This document shows positions 39,613 to 51,386 of a DNA stretch of 64,000 nucleotides, one piece after another. The translations under genes were made by a program, and so were the position numbers. The notes under the pieces were generated by a model. The model had not been told where the DNA came from. It searched no databases and was given only the letters and a program-made list of their open reading frames with translations. Source of the DNA: Escherichia coli (GTDB lineage Bacteria; Pseudomonadota; Gammaproteobacteria; Enterobacterales; Enterobacteriaceae); NCBI RefSeq assembly GCF_017348835.2, contig NZ_CP071375.1. One strand, 5' to 3'. The number at the start of each line of letters is the position of its first letter. The first letter of the stretch is position 1.

Positions 39613-40024
39613 GGCCTGGCAAAATGCCCATGCAATTTATGAGAACGATGCCTGCGCCAAAGCGCTTGGCATCGACATTATCTCAATGGATGAAGGCTTT
39701 GCTGTAGTGACCATGACCGTCACTGCACAAATGCTTAATGGTCATCAAAGTTGCCACGGCGGGCAGCTATTTTCACTGGCTGATACTGCCTTTGCCTACG
39801 CCTGCAATAGCCAGGGGCTGGCAGCCGTCGCTTCTGCCTGCACGATTGATTTTTTGCGTCCAGGCTTTGCCGGAGACACCTTAACTGCTACTGCGCAGGT
39901 ACGTCATCAGGGCAAGCAAACCGGTGTTTACGACATCGAAATTGTTAACCAACAACAAAAAACGGTTGCGCTGTTTCGCGGTAAATCTCACCGCATCGGC
40001 GGCACCATTACAGGAGAAGCCTGA
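39602..40024 (+). CDS. paaI: Hotdog-fold acyl-CoA thioesterase PaaI
   Basis: 140 aa from MSHKAWQNAHAIYENDACAKALG. Confidence 0.9.
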   Translation: MSHKAWQNAHAIYENDACAKALGIDIISMDEGFAVVTMTVTAQMLNGHQSCHGGQLFSLADTAFAYACNSQGLAAVASACTIDFLRPGFAGDTLTATAQVRHQGKQTGVYDIEIVNQQQKTVALFRGKSHRIGGTITGEA

Positions 40025-41229
40025 TGCGTGAAGCCTTTATTTGTGACGGAATTCGTACGCCAATTGGTCGCTACGGCGGGGCATTATCAGGTGTTCGGGC
40101 TGATGATCTGGCTGCTATCCCTTTGCGGGAACTGCTAGTGCGAAACCCGCGTCTCGATGCGGAATGTATCGATGATGTGATCCTCGGCTGTGCTAATCAG
40201 GCGGGAGAAGATAACCGTAACGTAGCCCGGATGGCGACTTTACTGGCGGGGCTGCCGCAGAGTGTTTCCGGCACAACCATTAACCGCTTGTGTGGTTCCG
40301 GGCTGGACGCACTGGGGTTTGCCGCACGGGCGATTAAAGCGGGCGATGGCGATTTGCTGATCGCCGGTGGCGTGGAGTCAATGTCACGGGCACCGTTTGT
40401 TATGGGCAAGGCAGCCAGTGCATTTTCTCGTCAGGCAGAGATGTTCGATACCACTATTGGCTGGCGATTTGTGAACCCGCTCATGGCTCAGCAATTTGGA
40501 ACTGACAGCATGCCGGAAACGGCAGAGAATGTAGCTGAACTGTTAAAAATATCACGAGAAGATCAAGATAGTTTTGCGCTACGCAGTCAGCAACGTACGG
40601 CAAAAGCGCAATCCTCAGGCATTCTGGCTGAGGAGATTGTTCCGGTTGTGTTGAAAAATAAGAAAGGTGTTGTAACAGAAATACAACATGATGAGCATCT
40701 GCGCCCGGAAACGACACTGGAACAGTTACGTGGGCTGAAAGCACCGTTTCGTGCCAATGGGGTGATTACCGCAGGCAATGCCTCCGGGGTGAATGACGGA
40801 GCCGCTGCGTTGATTATTGCCAGTGAACAGATGGCAGCAGCGCATGGACTGACGCCGCGAGCGCGTATCGTAGCCATGGCAACCGCCGGGGTGGAACCGC
40901 GTCTGATGGGGCTTGGTCCGGTGCCTGCAACTCGCCGGGTGCTGGAACGCGCGGGGCTGAGTATTCACGATATGGACGTGATTGAACTGAACGAAGCGTT
41001 CGCGGCCCAGGCGTTGGGTGTACTACGCGAATTGGGGCTGCCTGATGATGCCCCACATGTTAACCCCAACGGAGGCGCTATCGCCTTAGGCCATCCGTTG
41101 GGAATGAGTGGTGCCCGCCTGGCACTGGCTGCCAGCCATGAGCTGCATCGGCGTAACGGTCGTTACGCATTATGCACCATGTGCATCGGTGTCGGTCAGG
41201 GCATCGCCATGATTCTGGAGCGTGTTTGA
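40024..41229 (+). CDS. paaJ: 3-oxoadipyl-CoA / 3-oxo-5,6-dehydrosuberyl-CoA thiolase PaaJ
   Basis: 401 aa thiolase with active-site Cys region [10 protein letters not shown] and C-terminal CIGVGQG. Confidence 0.9.
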   Translation: MREAFICDGIRTPIGRYGGALSGVRADDLAAIPLRELLVRNPRLDAECIDDVILGCANQAGEDNRNVARMATLLAGLPQSVSGTTINRLCGSGLDALGFAARAIKAGDGDLLIAGGVESMSRAPFVMGKAASAFSRQAEMFDTTIGWRFVNPLMAQQFGTDSMPETAENVAELLKISREDQDSFALRSQQRTAKAQSSGILAEEIVPVVLKNKKGVVTEIQHDEHLRPETTLEQLRGLKAPFRANGVITAGNASGVNDGAAALIIASEQMAAAHGLTPRARIVAMATAGVEPRLMGLGPVPATRRVLERAGLSIHDMDVIELNEAFAAQALGVLRELGLPDDAPHVNPNGGAIALGHPLGMSGARLALAASHELHRRNGRYALCTMCIGVGQGIAMILERV

Positions 41230-41255
41230 GCATATCAACCTGCGAGTACCTTACA

Positions 41256-42569
41256 ATGATAACCAATACAAAGCTTGACCCGATTGAAACCGCGTCTGTT
41301 GATGAGTTACAGGCGTTGCAAACACAGCGTCTGAAATGGACGCTCAAACACGCGTATGAAAATGTGCCGATGTATCGGCGCAAATTCGACGCAGCAGGCG
41401 TACATCCTGATGATTTCAGGGAACTTTCAGACCTGCGTAAATTTCCCTGTACCACCAAACAGGATCTGCGCGACAACTATCCCTTCGACACCTTTGCCGT
41501 GCCGATGGAACAAGTGGTGCGCATTCATGCTTCTTCGGGAACCACAGGTAAACCGACAGTTGTCGGCTATACGCAAAACGATATTGATAACTGGGCCAAT
41601 ATTGTAGCGCGTTCGTTGCGTGCGGCGGGTGGCACGCCCAAAGACAAAATTCATGTTGCCTATGGTTACGGCCTGTTTACTGGTGGGCTGGGCGCGCACT
41701 ATGGTGCCGAACGTCTGGGCGCTACGGTGATCCCGATGTCTGGTGGGCAGACGGAAAAACAAGCGCAACTGATCCGCGATTTTCAACCAGATATGATCAT
41801 GGTTACGCCATCTTATTGCCTTAACCTGATTGAAGAGCTGGAGCGGCAGTTGGGCGGTGATGCCAGCGGTTGCTCGCTGCGGGTTGGAGTGTTTGGTGCT
41901 GAGCCGTGGACACAGGCCATGCGTAAAGAAATTGAGCGTCGCCTGGGGATCACCGCACTGGATATTTATGGCCTGTCAGAAGTGATGGGGCCGGGGGTGG
42001 CGATGTAGTGTCTGGAAACTACCGACGGCCCAACCATTTGGGAAGATCATTTCTATCCTGAAATTGTTAATCCTCATGACGGCACACCGCTTGCCGATGG
42101 TGAACATGGCGAACTGTTATTCACCACGCTGACCAAAGAAGCATTGCCGGTCATTCGTTACCGCACGCGTGATTTAACCCGACTGTTACCAGGAACGGCG
42201 CGGACTATGCGCCGCATGGATCGCATCAGCGGACGCAGCGATGACATGTTGATTATTCGCGGTGTAAATGTCTTTCCGTCACAACTGGAAGAAGAGATTG
42301 TCAAATTCGAACATTTATCGCCGCATTACCAACTGGAGGTGAACCGCCGGGGGCATCTTGATTCACTTTCTGTGAAAGTAGAGCTGAAAGAAAGCAGCCT
42401 GACATTGACGCATGAGCAGCGTTGCCAGGTGTGCCACCAGCTACGCCATCGGATTAAGTCGATGGTGGGGATTTCTACCGATGTGATGATCGTTAACTGT
42501 GGCAGTATCCCGCGTTCAGAAGGCAAGGCGTGTCGGGTGTTTGATCTGCGCAATATTGTTGGTGCCTGA
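41256..42569 (+). pseudogene. paaK: paaK (phenylacetate-CoA ligase) interrupted by an in-frame TAG at 42006-42008
   Basis: From MITNTKLDPIETAS the frame gives 437 codons in total, but codon ~251 is TAG (...GPGVAM*CLETTDGPTIW...). The rest of the gene continues in the same frame and matches PaaK, as listed in the ORF track (41172..42008 and 42144..42569). Confidence 0.75.
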
Positions 42570-42630
42570 CGTGTCGTATGGCCCTGGAGGGGTAAAGCGC
42601 CAGGGCCAGAAGTCGATACGACCTGTGCTA

Positions 42631-42668
42631 TGATTCATAAATCACAACAATAACAACAGACTGAATCG
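42631..42668. promoter_or_regulatory. Candidate PaaX autoregulatory operator
   Basis: TGATTC (42631-42636), 26 nt, GAATCG (42663-42668), immediately upstream of the paaX start. Confidence 0.35.
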
Positions 42669-42669
42669 A

Positions 42670-43620
42670 ATGAGTAAACTTGATACTTTTATCCAACATG
42701 CTGTAAACGCTGTTCCGGTCAGTGGCACTTCTTTGATCTCCTCTCTGTATGGTGATTCGCTTTCCCATCGTGGTGGTGAAATCTGGCTGGGTAGTCTGGC
42801 TGCTTTGCTGGAAGGGCTGGGATTTGGTGAGCGTTTCGTGCGCACCGCTTTGTTTCGTCTTAATAAAGAAGGCTGGCTGGATGTTTCCCGCATCGGGCGA
42901 CGCAGTTTCTATAGCCTCAGTGATAAAGGCTTGCGCCTGACGCGACGGGCAGAAAGTAAAATTTATCGCGCAGAGCAACCTGCATGGGATGGTAAATGGC
43001 TCCTGTTGCTCTCGGAAGGTTTAGATAAAGCGACGCTGGCTGATGTCAAAAAGCAGTTGATCTGGCAAGGTTTTGGCGCACTTGCACCCAGCCTGATGGC
43101 ATCGCCGTCGCAAAAACTGGCGGATGTACAGACACTTTTGCATGAAGCGGGTGTGGCGGATAACGTGATTTGTTTTGAAGCGCAAATACCACTGGCGCTT
43201 TCTCGTGCAGCACTGCGTGCCAGAGTGGAAGAGTGCTGGCATTTAACTGAACAAAATGCCATGTACGAAACCTTTATTCAGTCATTCCGCCCGCTGGTGC
43301 CGCTGTTAAAAGAGACGGCAGACGAGTTAACCCCGGAGCGTGCATTTCATATTCAGCTTTTACTGATCCATTTTTATCGCCGTGTCGTCCTTAAAGACCC
43401 ATTGTTGCCGGAGGAGTTGCTTCCGGCTCACTGGGCAGGGCATACGGCGCGTCAGCTGTGTATCAACATTTATCAGCGCGTAGCGCCTGCTGCTTTAGCG
43501 TTCGTTAGTGAAAAAGGTGAAACCTCGGTCGGTGAACTGCCTGCGCCGGGAAGCCTGTATTTTCAACGTTTTGGCGGCTTGAATATTGAACAGGAGGCGT
43601 TATGCCAATTTACCAGATAG
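42670..43620 (+). CDS. paaX: Transcriptional repressor PaaX
   Basis: 316 aa, PaaX family. Confidence 0.9.
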   Translation: MSKLDTFIQHAVNAVPVSGTSLISSLYGDSLSHRGGEIWLGSLAALLEGLGFGERFVRTALFRLNKEGWLDVSRIGRRSFYSLSDKGLRLTRRAESKIYRAEQPAWDGKWLLLLSEGLDKATLADVKKQLIWQGFGALAPSLMASPSQKLADVQTLLHEAGVADNVICFEAQIPLALSRAALRARVEECWHLTEQNAMYETFIQSFRPLVPLLKETADELTPERAFHIQLLLIHFYRRVVLKDPLLPEELLPAHWAGHTARQLCINIYQRVAPAALAFVSEKGETSVGELPAPGSLYFQRFGGLNIEQEALCQFTR

Positions 43621-44192
43621 ATGGTCTGACTCCGGTTGTGCCAGAAGAGAGCTTTGTCCATCCGACAGCGGTATTGATCGGCGATGTTATTCTCGGGAAG
43701 GGCGTTTACGTTGGGCCAAATGCCAGCCTGCGTGGCGATTTTGGTCGTATCGTGGTGAAAGATGGCGCGAACATTCAGGATAATTGCGTTATGCACGGTT
43801 TTCCCGAGCAGGATACTGTCGTGGAAGAAGATGGACATATTGGTCATAGCGCTATCCTTCACGGCTGCATTATCCGCCGCAATGCATTAGTGGGAATGAA
43901 CGCGGTAGTGATGGACGGTGCGGTGATTGGTGAGAACAGCATTGTTGGCGCATCCGCATTTGTGAAAGCCAAAGCAGAAATGCCTGCTAATTACCTGATT
44001 GTCGGCAGCCCGGCGAAAGCGATTCGTGAACTCAGTGAGCAGGAGCTGGCATGGAAAAAGCAGGGCACGCATGAGTATCAGGTGCTGGTGACACGCTGTA
44101 AGCAGACGTTGCATCAAGTTGAGCCATTGCGGGAAGTTGAACCGGACAGAAAACGTCTGGTATTTGATGAAAATCTGCGACCAAAACAGTAA
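43602..44192 (+). CDS. paaY: Hexapeptide-repeat thioesterase PaaY
   Basis: 196 aa, left-handed beta-helix / gamma-carbonic-anhydrase-like repeats. Confidence 0.9.
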   Translation: MPIYQIDGLTPVVPEESFVHPTAVLIGDVILGKGVYVGPNASLRGDFGRIVVKDGANIQDNCVMHGFPEQDTVVEEDGHIGHSAILHGCIIRRNALVGMNAVVMDGAVIGENSIVGASAFVKAKAEMPANYLIVGSPAKAIRELSEQELAWKKQGTHEYQVLVTRCKQTLHQVEPLREVEPDRKRLVFDENLRPKQ

Positions 44193-44234
44193 CGTCCAGA
44201 TACTGAACATTCTAATTTTTAGCATGTGATCCCT

Positions 44235-44269
44235 AAACCGCAACCCTGATACAGGTTGCGGTTTTTTTA
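44235..44269 (+). terminator. Rho-independent terminator after paaY
   Basis: aaccgcaacc-ctgataca-ggttgcggtt followed by a T-run. Confidence 0.65.
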
Positions 44270-44423
44270 TTGCCGGATGCGGCGCTTTACGCGTTTTGTT
44301 TTGGTGTCTTTCAGGACAATAGAGCAACTCATCCAGTAATCTTGTTTACACCTTCGCATTATTTATCTCTTTTCGTTTCTATACTGATTTTTCTTAATCC
44401 GTTTTATTACAGGGCAGGGTGCG

Positions 44424-45284
44424 ATGAGCAGCAATACATTTACTCTCGGTACTAAATCCGTTAACCGTCTTGGTTATGGCGCGATGCAACTGGCAGGTCC
44501 TGGGGTTTTTGGCCCCCCAAGAGATCGTCATGTCGCTATAACTGTGCTGCGAGAGGCGCTGGCATTGGGCGTCAATCACATTGATACCAGCGACTTTTAT
44601 GGTCCGCACGTCACCAATCAGATTATCCGCGAAGCGCTTTATCCTTACTCTGACGACCTGACAATTGTCACTAAAATTGGTGCGCGGCGTGGAGAGGACG
44701 CTTCCTGGTTGCCCGCCTTTTCTCCGGCAGAGTTGCAAAAAGCGGTGCACGATAATCTACGTAATCTCGGCCTGGACGTACTGGATGTGGTTAACCTGCG
44801 CGTTATGATGGGGGATGGTCATGGCCCAGCGGAAGGATCGATTGAGGCCAGCCTGACCGTGCTGGCAGAGATGCAACAACAAGGCTTGGTAAAACATATT
44901 GGCCTGAGCAACGTCACACCGACGCAGGTTGCAGAGGCGCGTAAGATTACCGAAATCGTCTGTGTGCAGAACGAATACAACATTGCTCATCGTACTGATG
45001 ACGCAATGATTGATGCTTTGGCCCGCGAAGGCATTGCCTATGTGCCGTTCTTCCCGCTCGGGGGCTTTACGCCGCTGCAATCCTCTACGCTGTCGGATGT
45101 TGCTGCGAGCCTGGGTGCAACACCCATGCAGGTGGCGCTGGCGTGGCTGTTACAACGTTCACCGAATATTTTGCTGATCCCAGGGACGTCTTCTGTTGCG
45201 CATTTACGGGAGAATATGGCTGCTGAAAAATTGCATCTTTCTGAGGAAGTGTTGTCTACGTTGGATGGTATTTCGCGAGAATAA
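44424..45284 (+). CDS. ydbC: Aldo-keto reductase YdbC
   Basis: 286 aa, AKR family (MSSNTFTLGTKSVNRLGYGAMQL...). Confidence 0.85.
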   Translation: MSSNTFTLGTKSVNRLGYGAMQLAGPGVFGPPRDRHVAITVLREALALGVNHIDTSDFYGPHVTNQIIREALYPYSDDLTIVTKIGARRGEDASWLPAFSPAELQKAVHDNLRNLGLDVLDVVNLRVMMGDGHGPAEGSIEASLTVLAEMQQQGLVKHIGLSNVTPTQVAEARKITEIVCVQNEYNIAHRTDDAMIDALAREGIAYVPFFPLGGFTPLQSSTLSDVAASLGATPMQVALAWLLQRSPNILLIPGTSSVAHLRENMAAEKLHLSEEVLSTLDGISRE

Positions 45285-45409
45285 CGAGCCAGACGCTCGC
45301 ATATTGTGCTTAAGGAAGATCACAAAGCGATGCTGAAATTATGGGAAAACAGGTAAGTGGATTGAGATGTGGACTGAAGATCTACAGTCCACATCTAGAC
45401 CGTGTCCGG

Positions 45410-46024
<615 letters not shown>

Positions 46025-46215
46025 TTATAGATATTTGAATGGGCGATGCCCCGTTGCTTGTTGACACTTTATTCACAATCCTGCCACAGAGATAGCGCAA
46101 TAAATCGAAGCCTATGTTCGAATTTATTGAACAACGCATAGAAAGCAGCGATGTGGTACTCTATATCTATCATTTAAAAGAAAATTAATCAGGCAGACTA
46201 CTGCCCTCTAACGTT

Positions 46216-49200
46216 ATGACAGAACAACAAAAATTGACCTTTGCTGACTTGCAGCAGCGGCTGGATTCGCTGATGCTGCGCGACAGACAGCGTTTTTCTA
46301 GCCGTCTGCACGGTGTGAAGAAGGTTAAAAATCCTGATGCACAACAGGCCATTTTCCAGGAGATGGCGAAAGAGATTGACCAGGCGGCAGGGAAAGTCCT
46401 GCTGCGTGAAGCGGCACGACCGGAAATTACTTATCCTGACAATTTACCGGTTAGTCAGAAAAAACAGGACATTCTCGAAGCGATTCGTGATCACCAGGTG
46501 GTGATCGTCGCCGGGGAAACGGGTTCTGGTAAAACGACTCAGTTACCGAAAATCTGTATGGAGCTGGGGCGCGGGATTAAAGGGCTGATCGGCCATACCC
46601 AGCCGCGTCGCCTGGCGGCAAGAACGGTGGCGAACCGTATTGCGGAAGAGCTGAAAACGGAGCCGGGCGGTTGCATCGGTTACAAAGTGCGTTTCAGCGA
46701 TCACGTAAGTGATAACACGATGGTCAAGCTGATGACCGACGGTATCCTGCTGGCGGAGATCCAGCAAGACCGCCTGCTGATGCAGTACGACACCATCATT
46801 ATTGACGAAGCGCACGAACGCAGCCTGAATATCGATTTTCTGCTCGGCTATTTGAAAGAGTTGCTGCCGCGGCGTCCTGACCTAAAAATCATTATCACTT
46901 CCGCGACTATCGACCCGGAACGCTTTTCGCGCCACTTTAATAATGCGCCGATTATCGAAGTCTCCGGTCGGACCTATCCGGTGGAAGTGCGCTATCGCCC
47001 GATTGTTGAAGAAGCCGATGACACCGAGCGCGATCAGTTGCAGGCGATTTTTGACGCCGTAGACGAACTGAGCCAGGAAAGCCCCGGCGACATTCTGATC
47101 TTTATGAGCGGCGAGAGGGAAATCCGCGATACCGCCGATGCGCTGAACAAGCTGAACTTACGCCATACCGAAATCTTGCCGCTTTATGCACGACTTTCGA
47201 ACAGCGAACAGAACCGCGTGTTCCAGTCGCACAGCGGACGGCGTATTGTGCTGGCGACCAACGTCGCGGAAACCTCGCTGACCGTACCGGGGATTAAATA
47301 CGTTATCGACCCCGGTACAGCGCGTATCAGCCGCTACAGCTATCGCACCAAAGTGCAGCGTTTGCCGATTGAGCCGATTTCCCAGGCGTCTGCCAATCAG
47401 CGTAAAGGCCGCTGTGGTCGTGTGTCCGAAGGGATCTGTATTCGTCTCTATTCCGAAGACGATTTCCTCTCGCGCCCGGAGTTTACCGACCCGGAAATTC
47501 TGCGTACCAACCTGGCCTCGGTTATTTTGCAGATGACCGCGCTGGGGCTGGGCGATATCGCTGCGTTCCCGTTTGTCGAAGCACCGGATAAACGCAATAT
47601 CCAGGATGGCGTGCGTCTGCTCGAAGAGCTGGGCGCGATCACCACTGATGAACAGGCCAGCGCCTATAAACTGACGCCGCTCGGTCGCCAGCTCTCGCAG
47701 TTGCCTGTCGACCCACGTCTGGCGCGTATGGTGCTGGAAGCGCAAAAACATGGCTGCGTGCGTGAGGCGATGATTATCACGTCCGCGCTCTCCATTCAGG
47801 ATCCGCGCGAGCGTCCGATGGACAAGCAGCAGGCATCGGACGAAAAACATCGTCGCTTCCACGACAAAGAGTCTGACTTCCTCGCGTTTGTGAATCTGTG
47901 GAATTATCTTGGCGAGCAGCAAAAGGCGCTTTCTTCCAACGCCTTCCGTCGCCTGTGTCGTACCGATTATCTCAACTATCTGCGCGTGCGCGAATGGCAG
48001 GATATCTACACCCAGTTGCGCCAGGTGGTGAAAGAACTCGGCATTCCGGTGAACAGCGAACCGGCGGAATATCGCGAAATTCACATTGCGTTGCTGACGG
48101 GTTTGCTTTCCCATATCGGCATGAAAGACGCCGATAAACAAGAATATACCGGCGCACGTAACGCACGTTTCTCCATCTTCCCCGGTTCTGGTTTATTCAA
48201 AAAGCCGCCGAAATGGGTAATGGTGGCGGAACTGGTAGAAACCAGCCGCCTGTGGGGACGTATTGCGGCACGCATCGATCCAGAATGGGTGGAACCCGTC
48301 GCTCAGCATTTGATTAAACGCACCTACAGCGAACCGCACTGGGAACGGGCGCAGGGCGCGGTGATGGCAACGGAAAAAGTCACTGTTTATGGTTTGCCGA
48401 TTGTTGCTGCGCGCAAGGTCAACTACAGCCAGATCGATCCGGCGTTATGTCGTGAACTCTTTATTCGCCACGCTCTGGTGGAAGGTGACTGGCAGACGCG
48501 TCACGCATTCTTCCGTGAAAACCTGAAACTGCGGGCCGAAGTGGAAGAGCTGGAACACAAATCACGTCGCCGCGATATTCTGGTTGATGACGAAACGTTG
48601 TTTGAGTTCTACGACCAGCGCATCAGCCACGATGTAATCTCCGCTCGTCACTTCGACAGTTGGTGGAAAAAAGTTAGCCGCGAAACGCCTGATTTGCTCA
48701 ACTTTGAAAAGAGCATGTTGATCAAAGAAGGGGCGGAAAAAATCAGCAAGCTGGATTATCCGAACTTCTGGCATCAGGGCAATCTCAAGCTGCGTTTGAG
48801 CTATCAGTTTGAGCCCGGCGCGGATGCTGACGGTGTGACCGTACATATTCCGCTGCCGTTACTTAACCAGGTTGAGGAAAGCGGGTTTGAATGGCAGATC
48901 CCCGGTCTGCGCCGCGAACTGGTGATTGCTCTGATTAAATCGTTGCCGAAACCGGTACGCCGTAATTTTGTACCCGCGCCAAACTACGCCGAAGCGTTTT
49001 TAGGCCGCGTCACACCGCTGGAGTTACCGTTGCTTGACAGCCTTGAGCGCGAGTTACGGCGGATGACCGGCGTTACCGTTGACCGCGAAGACTGGCACTG
49101 GGATCAGGTGCCCGATCACCTGAAAATCACCTTCCGCGTGGTGGATGACAAAAACAAGAAGCTAAAAGAAGGGCGCTCGCTACAAGATCTGAAAGATGCG

Positions 49201-50118
49201 CTGAAAGGCAAAGTGCAGGAAACGCTGTCTGCGGTGGCGGATGACGGTATCGAGCAGAGCGGCTTACATATCTGGAGTTTTGGTCAGCTGCCGGAAAGCT
49301 ACGAACAGAAGCGTGGCAACTACAAAGTGAAGGCGTGGCCAGCGCTGGTGGATGAGCGCGACAGCGTGGCGATCAAACTGTTTGATAATCCGCTGGAGCA
49401 AAAGCAGGCAATGTGGAACGGTCTTCGCCGTCTACTGCTGCTGAATATTCCATCGCCGATCAAGTATTTGCATGAAAAGTTACCGAACAAAGCCAAGCTG
49501 GGGCTGTACTTTAACCCGTATGGCAAAGTGCTGGAGCTGATCGACGACTGTATCTCCTGCGGTGTGGATCAACTGATCGACGCCAATGGTGGCCCGGTCT
49601 GGACGGAAGAAGGCTTTGCTGCGCTGCATGAGAAAGTGCGTGCCGAACTGAACGACACGGTGGTAGATATTGCGAAGCAGGTCGAGCAAATTCTTACGGC
49701 AGTGTTCAATATCAACAAACGTCTGAAAGGGCGGGTGGATATGACCATGGCGCTGGGGCTTTCTGACATTAAAGCGCAGATGGGCGGGTTGGTGTATCGC
49801 GGTTTTGTCACTGGTAACGGCTTCAAACGGCTGGGCGACACGCTGCGATATTTGCAGGCGATTGAAAAACGGCTGGAAAAACTGGCGGTTGTTCCGCATC
49901 GCGACCGTGCTCAGATGCTGAAAGTCGAAAACGTCCAGCAGGCGTGGCAGCAATGGATCAACAAACTGCCGCCCGCACGTCGTGAGGATGAAGACGTGAA
50001 AGAGATCCGTTGGATGATAGAAGAGTTGCGCGTTAGTTACTTCGCTCAACAACTTGGTACGCCTTATCCGGTTTCAGATAAGCGTATTTTGCAGGCGATG
50101 GAGCAGATTAGCGGTTAA
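46216..50118 (+). CDS. hrpA: ATP-dependent DEAH-box RNA helicase HrpA
   Basis: 1300 aa with Walker A GETGSGKTTQ, DEAH box IIIDEAHER, and HA2/OB C-terminal domains. Confidence 0.95.
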   Translation: MTEQQKLTFADLQQRLDSLMLRDRQRFSSRLHGVKKVKNPDAQQAIFQEMAKEIDQAAGKVLLREAARPEITYPDNLPVSQKKQDILEAIRDHQVVIVAGETGSGKTTQLPKICMELGRGIKGLIGHTQPRRLAARTVANRIAEELKTEPGGCIGYKVRFSDHVSDNTMVKLMTDGILLAEIQQDRLLMQYDTIIIDEAHERSLNIDFLLGYLKELLPRRPDLKIIITSATIDPERFSRHFNNAPIIEVSGRTYPVEVRYRPIVEEADDTERDQLQAIFDAVDELSQESPGDILIFMSGEREIRDTADALNKLNLRHTEILPLYARLSNSEQNRVFQSHSGRRIVLATNVAETSLTVPGIKYVIDPGTARISRYSYRTKVQRLPIEPISQASANQRKGRCGRVSEGICIRLYSEDDFLSRPEFTDPEILRTNLASVILQMTALGLGDIAAFPFVEAPDKRNIQDGVRLLEELGAITTDEQASAYKLTPLGRQLSQLPVDPRLARMVLEAQKHGCVREAMIITSALSIQDPRERPMDKQQASDEKHRRFHDKESDFLAFVNLWNYLGEQQKALSSNAFRRLCRTDYLNYLRVREWQDIYTQLRQVVKELGIPVNSEPAEYREIHIALLTGLLSHIGMKDADKQEYTGARNARFSIFPGSGLFKKPPKWVMVAELVETSRLWGRIAARIDPEWVEPVAQHLIKRTYSEPHWERAQGAVMATEKVTVYGLPIVAARKVNYSQIDPALCRELFIRHALVEGDWQTRHAFFRENLKLRAEVEELEHKSRRRDILVDDETLFEFYDQRISHDVISARHFDSWWKKVSRETPDLLNFEKSMLIKEGAEKISKLDYPNFWHQGNLKLRLSYQFEPGADADGVTVHIPLPLLNQVEESGFEWQIPGLRRELVIALIKSLPKPVRRNFVPAPNYAEAFLGRVTPLELPLLDSLERELRRMTGVTVDREDWHWDQVPDHLKITFRVVDDKNKKLKEGRSLQDLKDALKGKVQETLSAVADDGIEQSGLHIWSFGQLPESYEQKRGNYKVKAWPALVDERDSVAIKLFDNPLEQKQAMWNGLRRLLLLNIPSPIKYLHEKLPNKAKLGLYFNPYGKVLELIDDCISCGVDQLIDANGGPVWTEEGFAALHEKVRAELNDTVVDIAKQVEQILTAVFNINKRLKGRVDMTMALGLSDIKAQMGGLVYRGFVTGNGFKRLGDTLRYLQAIEKRLEKLAVVPHRDRAQMLKVENVQQAWQQWINKLPPARREDEDVKEIRWMIEELRVSYFAQQLGTPYPVSDKRILQAMEQISG

Positions 50119-50142
50119 CACTGCTATTTGCCTGATAAATCT

Positions 50143-50176
50143 AAAACCCGGTAAGCATTTAGCGCCGGGTTTTTTA
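50143..50176 (+). terminator. Rho-independent terminator after hrpA
   Basis: aaacccgg...cgccgggtttttta. Confidence 0.6.
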
Positions 50177-50389
50177 TTAATTCTAAAACGGTAAGGGCAA
50201 AAATTCAGGAATTCAGAAAAATACAATTCTCTGCTGCAAGATGAATAATGTTTATCTACAGCATTTCCTTAAAAGTTATGTCGGGCTTGCGGAGTGGCGG
50301 TTAAGGAAATACGACTTCCTCCTTTCAGAGTGCTCCGCTTCTCACTATTATCTCACGCAGTATTCTTAAGGGAACGATAAGGAGGAACC

Positions 50390-51190
50390 ATGAACATTAC
50401 CCCGTTTCCGACGCTTTCGACGGCAACTATAGATGCCATAAATGTTATCGGACAGTGGCTGGCGCAGGATGATTTCTCCGGTGAGGTGCCGTATCAGGCC
50501 GATTGCGTCATACTTGCAGGCAATGCGGTTATGCCGACTATAGATGCGGCATGTAAGATTGCCCGCGATCAGCAAATTCCTTTACTGATTAGTGGTGGTA
50601 TCGGTCACTCGACAACTTTTTTGTATAGCGCCATCGCACAGCATCCGCACTACAACACTATCCGCACCACTGGCAGAGCAGAAGCGACCATCCTGGCGGA
50701 TATCGCTCATCAGTTCTGGCATATTCCGCATGAAAAAATCTGGATTGAAGACCAGTCAACAAACTGCGGTGAAAACGCACGCTTTAGCATCGCGCTATTG
50801 AATCAGGCCGTAGAACGAGTTCACACAGCTATCGTTGTACAGGACCCCACCATGCAGCGGCGCACGATGGCGACGTTCCGCCGTATGACCGGGGACAATC
50901 CCGATGCACCACGCTGGTTAAGTTATCCCGGATTCGTTCCTCAGTTAGGAAATAACGCAGACAGTGTAATCTTTATTAATCAGTTACAAGGATTATGGCC
51001 GGTTGAGCGTTATCTCTCACTACTCACTGGCGAGCTGCCGCGTTTACGCGATGATAGCGATGGCTACGGTCCCCGCGGGCGAGATTTTATCGTTCACGTT
51101 GATTTTCCGGCAGAAGTCATCCATGCATGGCAAACGCTGAAACACGATGCGGTGCTCATCGAGGCGATGGAAAGTCGCTCGTTACGTTAA
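50390..51190 (+). CDS. ydcF: DUF218 (ElyC/SanA-like) domain protein YdcF
   Basis: 266-aa ORF in the conserved position between hrpA and aldA. Confidence 0.8.
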
Positions 51191-51386
51191 AAATTGCCCG
51201 TTTGTGAACCACTTGTTTGCAAACGGGCATAACTCCTGCCTTTTATTTCTGCCTCTTATTCCTTTTACACTTGTTTTTATGAAGCCCTTCACAGAATTGT
51301 CCTTTCATGATGCCGTCTCTATGATGATTGATGTTAATTAACAATGTATTTACCAAAAACAAACATATAAATCACAGGAGTCGCCC

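Noticed and set aside
44270-44455. 61-aa ORF in the paaY-ydbC spacer
   Set aside because: Starts inside the terminator/REP-like sequence and overlaps the ydbC start region; no RBS.
47158-48141. 327-aa minus-strand ORF inside hrpA
   Set aside because: Lies entirely within the hrpA coding region on the opposite strand; Arg-rich translation typical of a GC-rich antisense frame.
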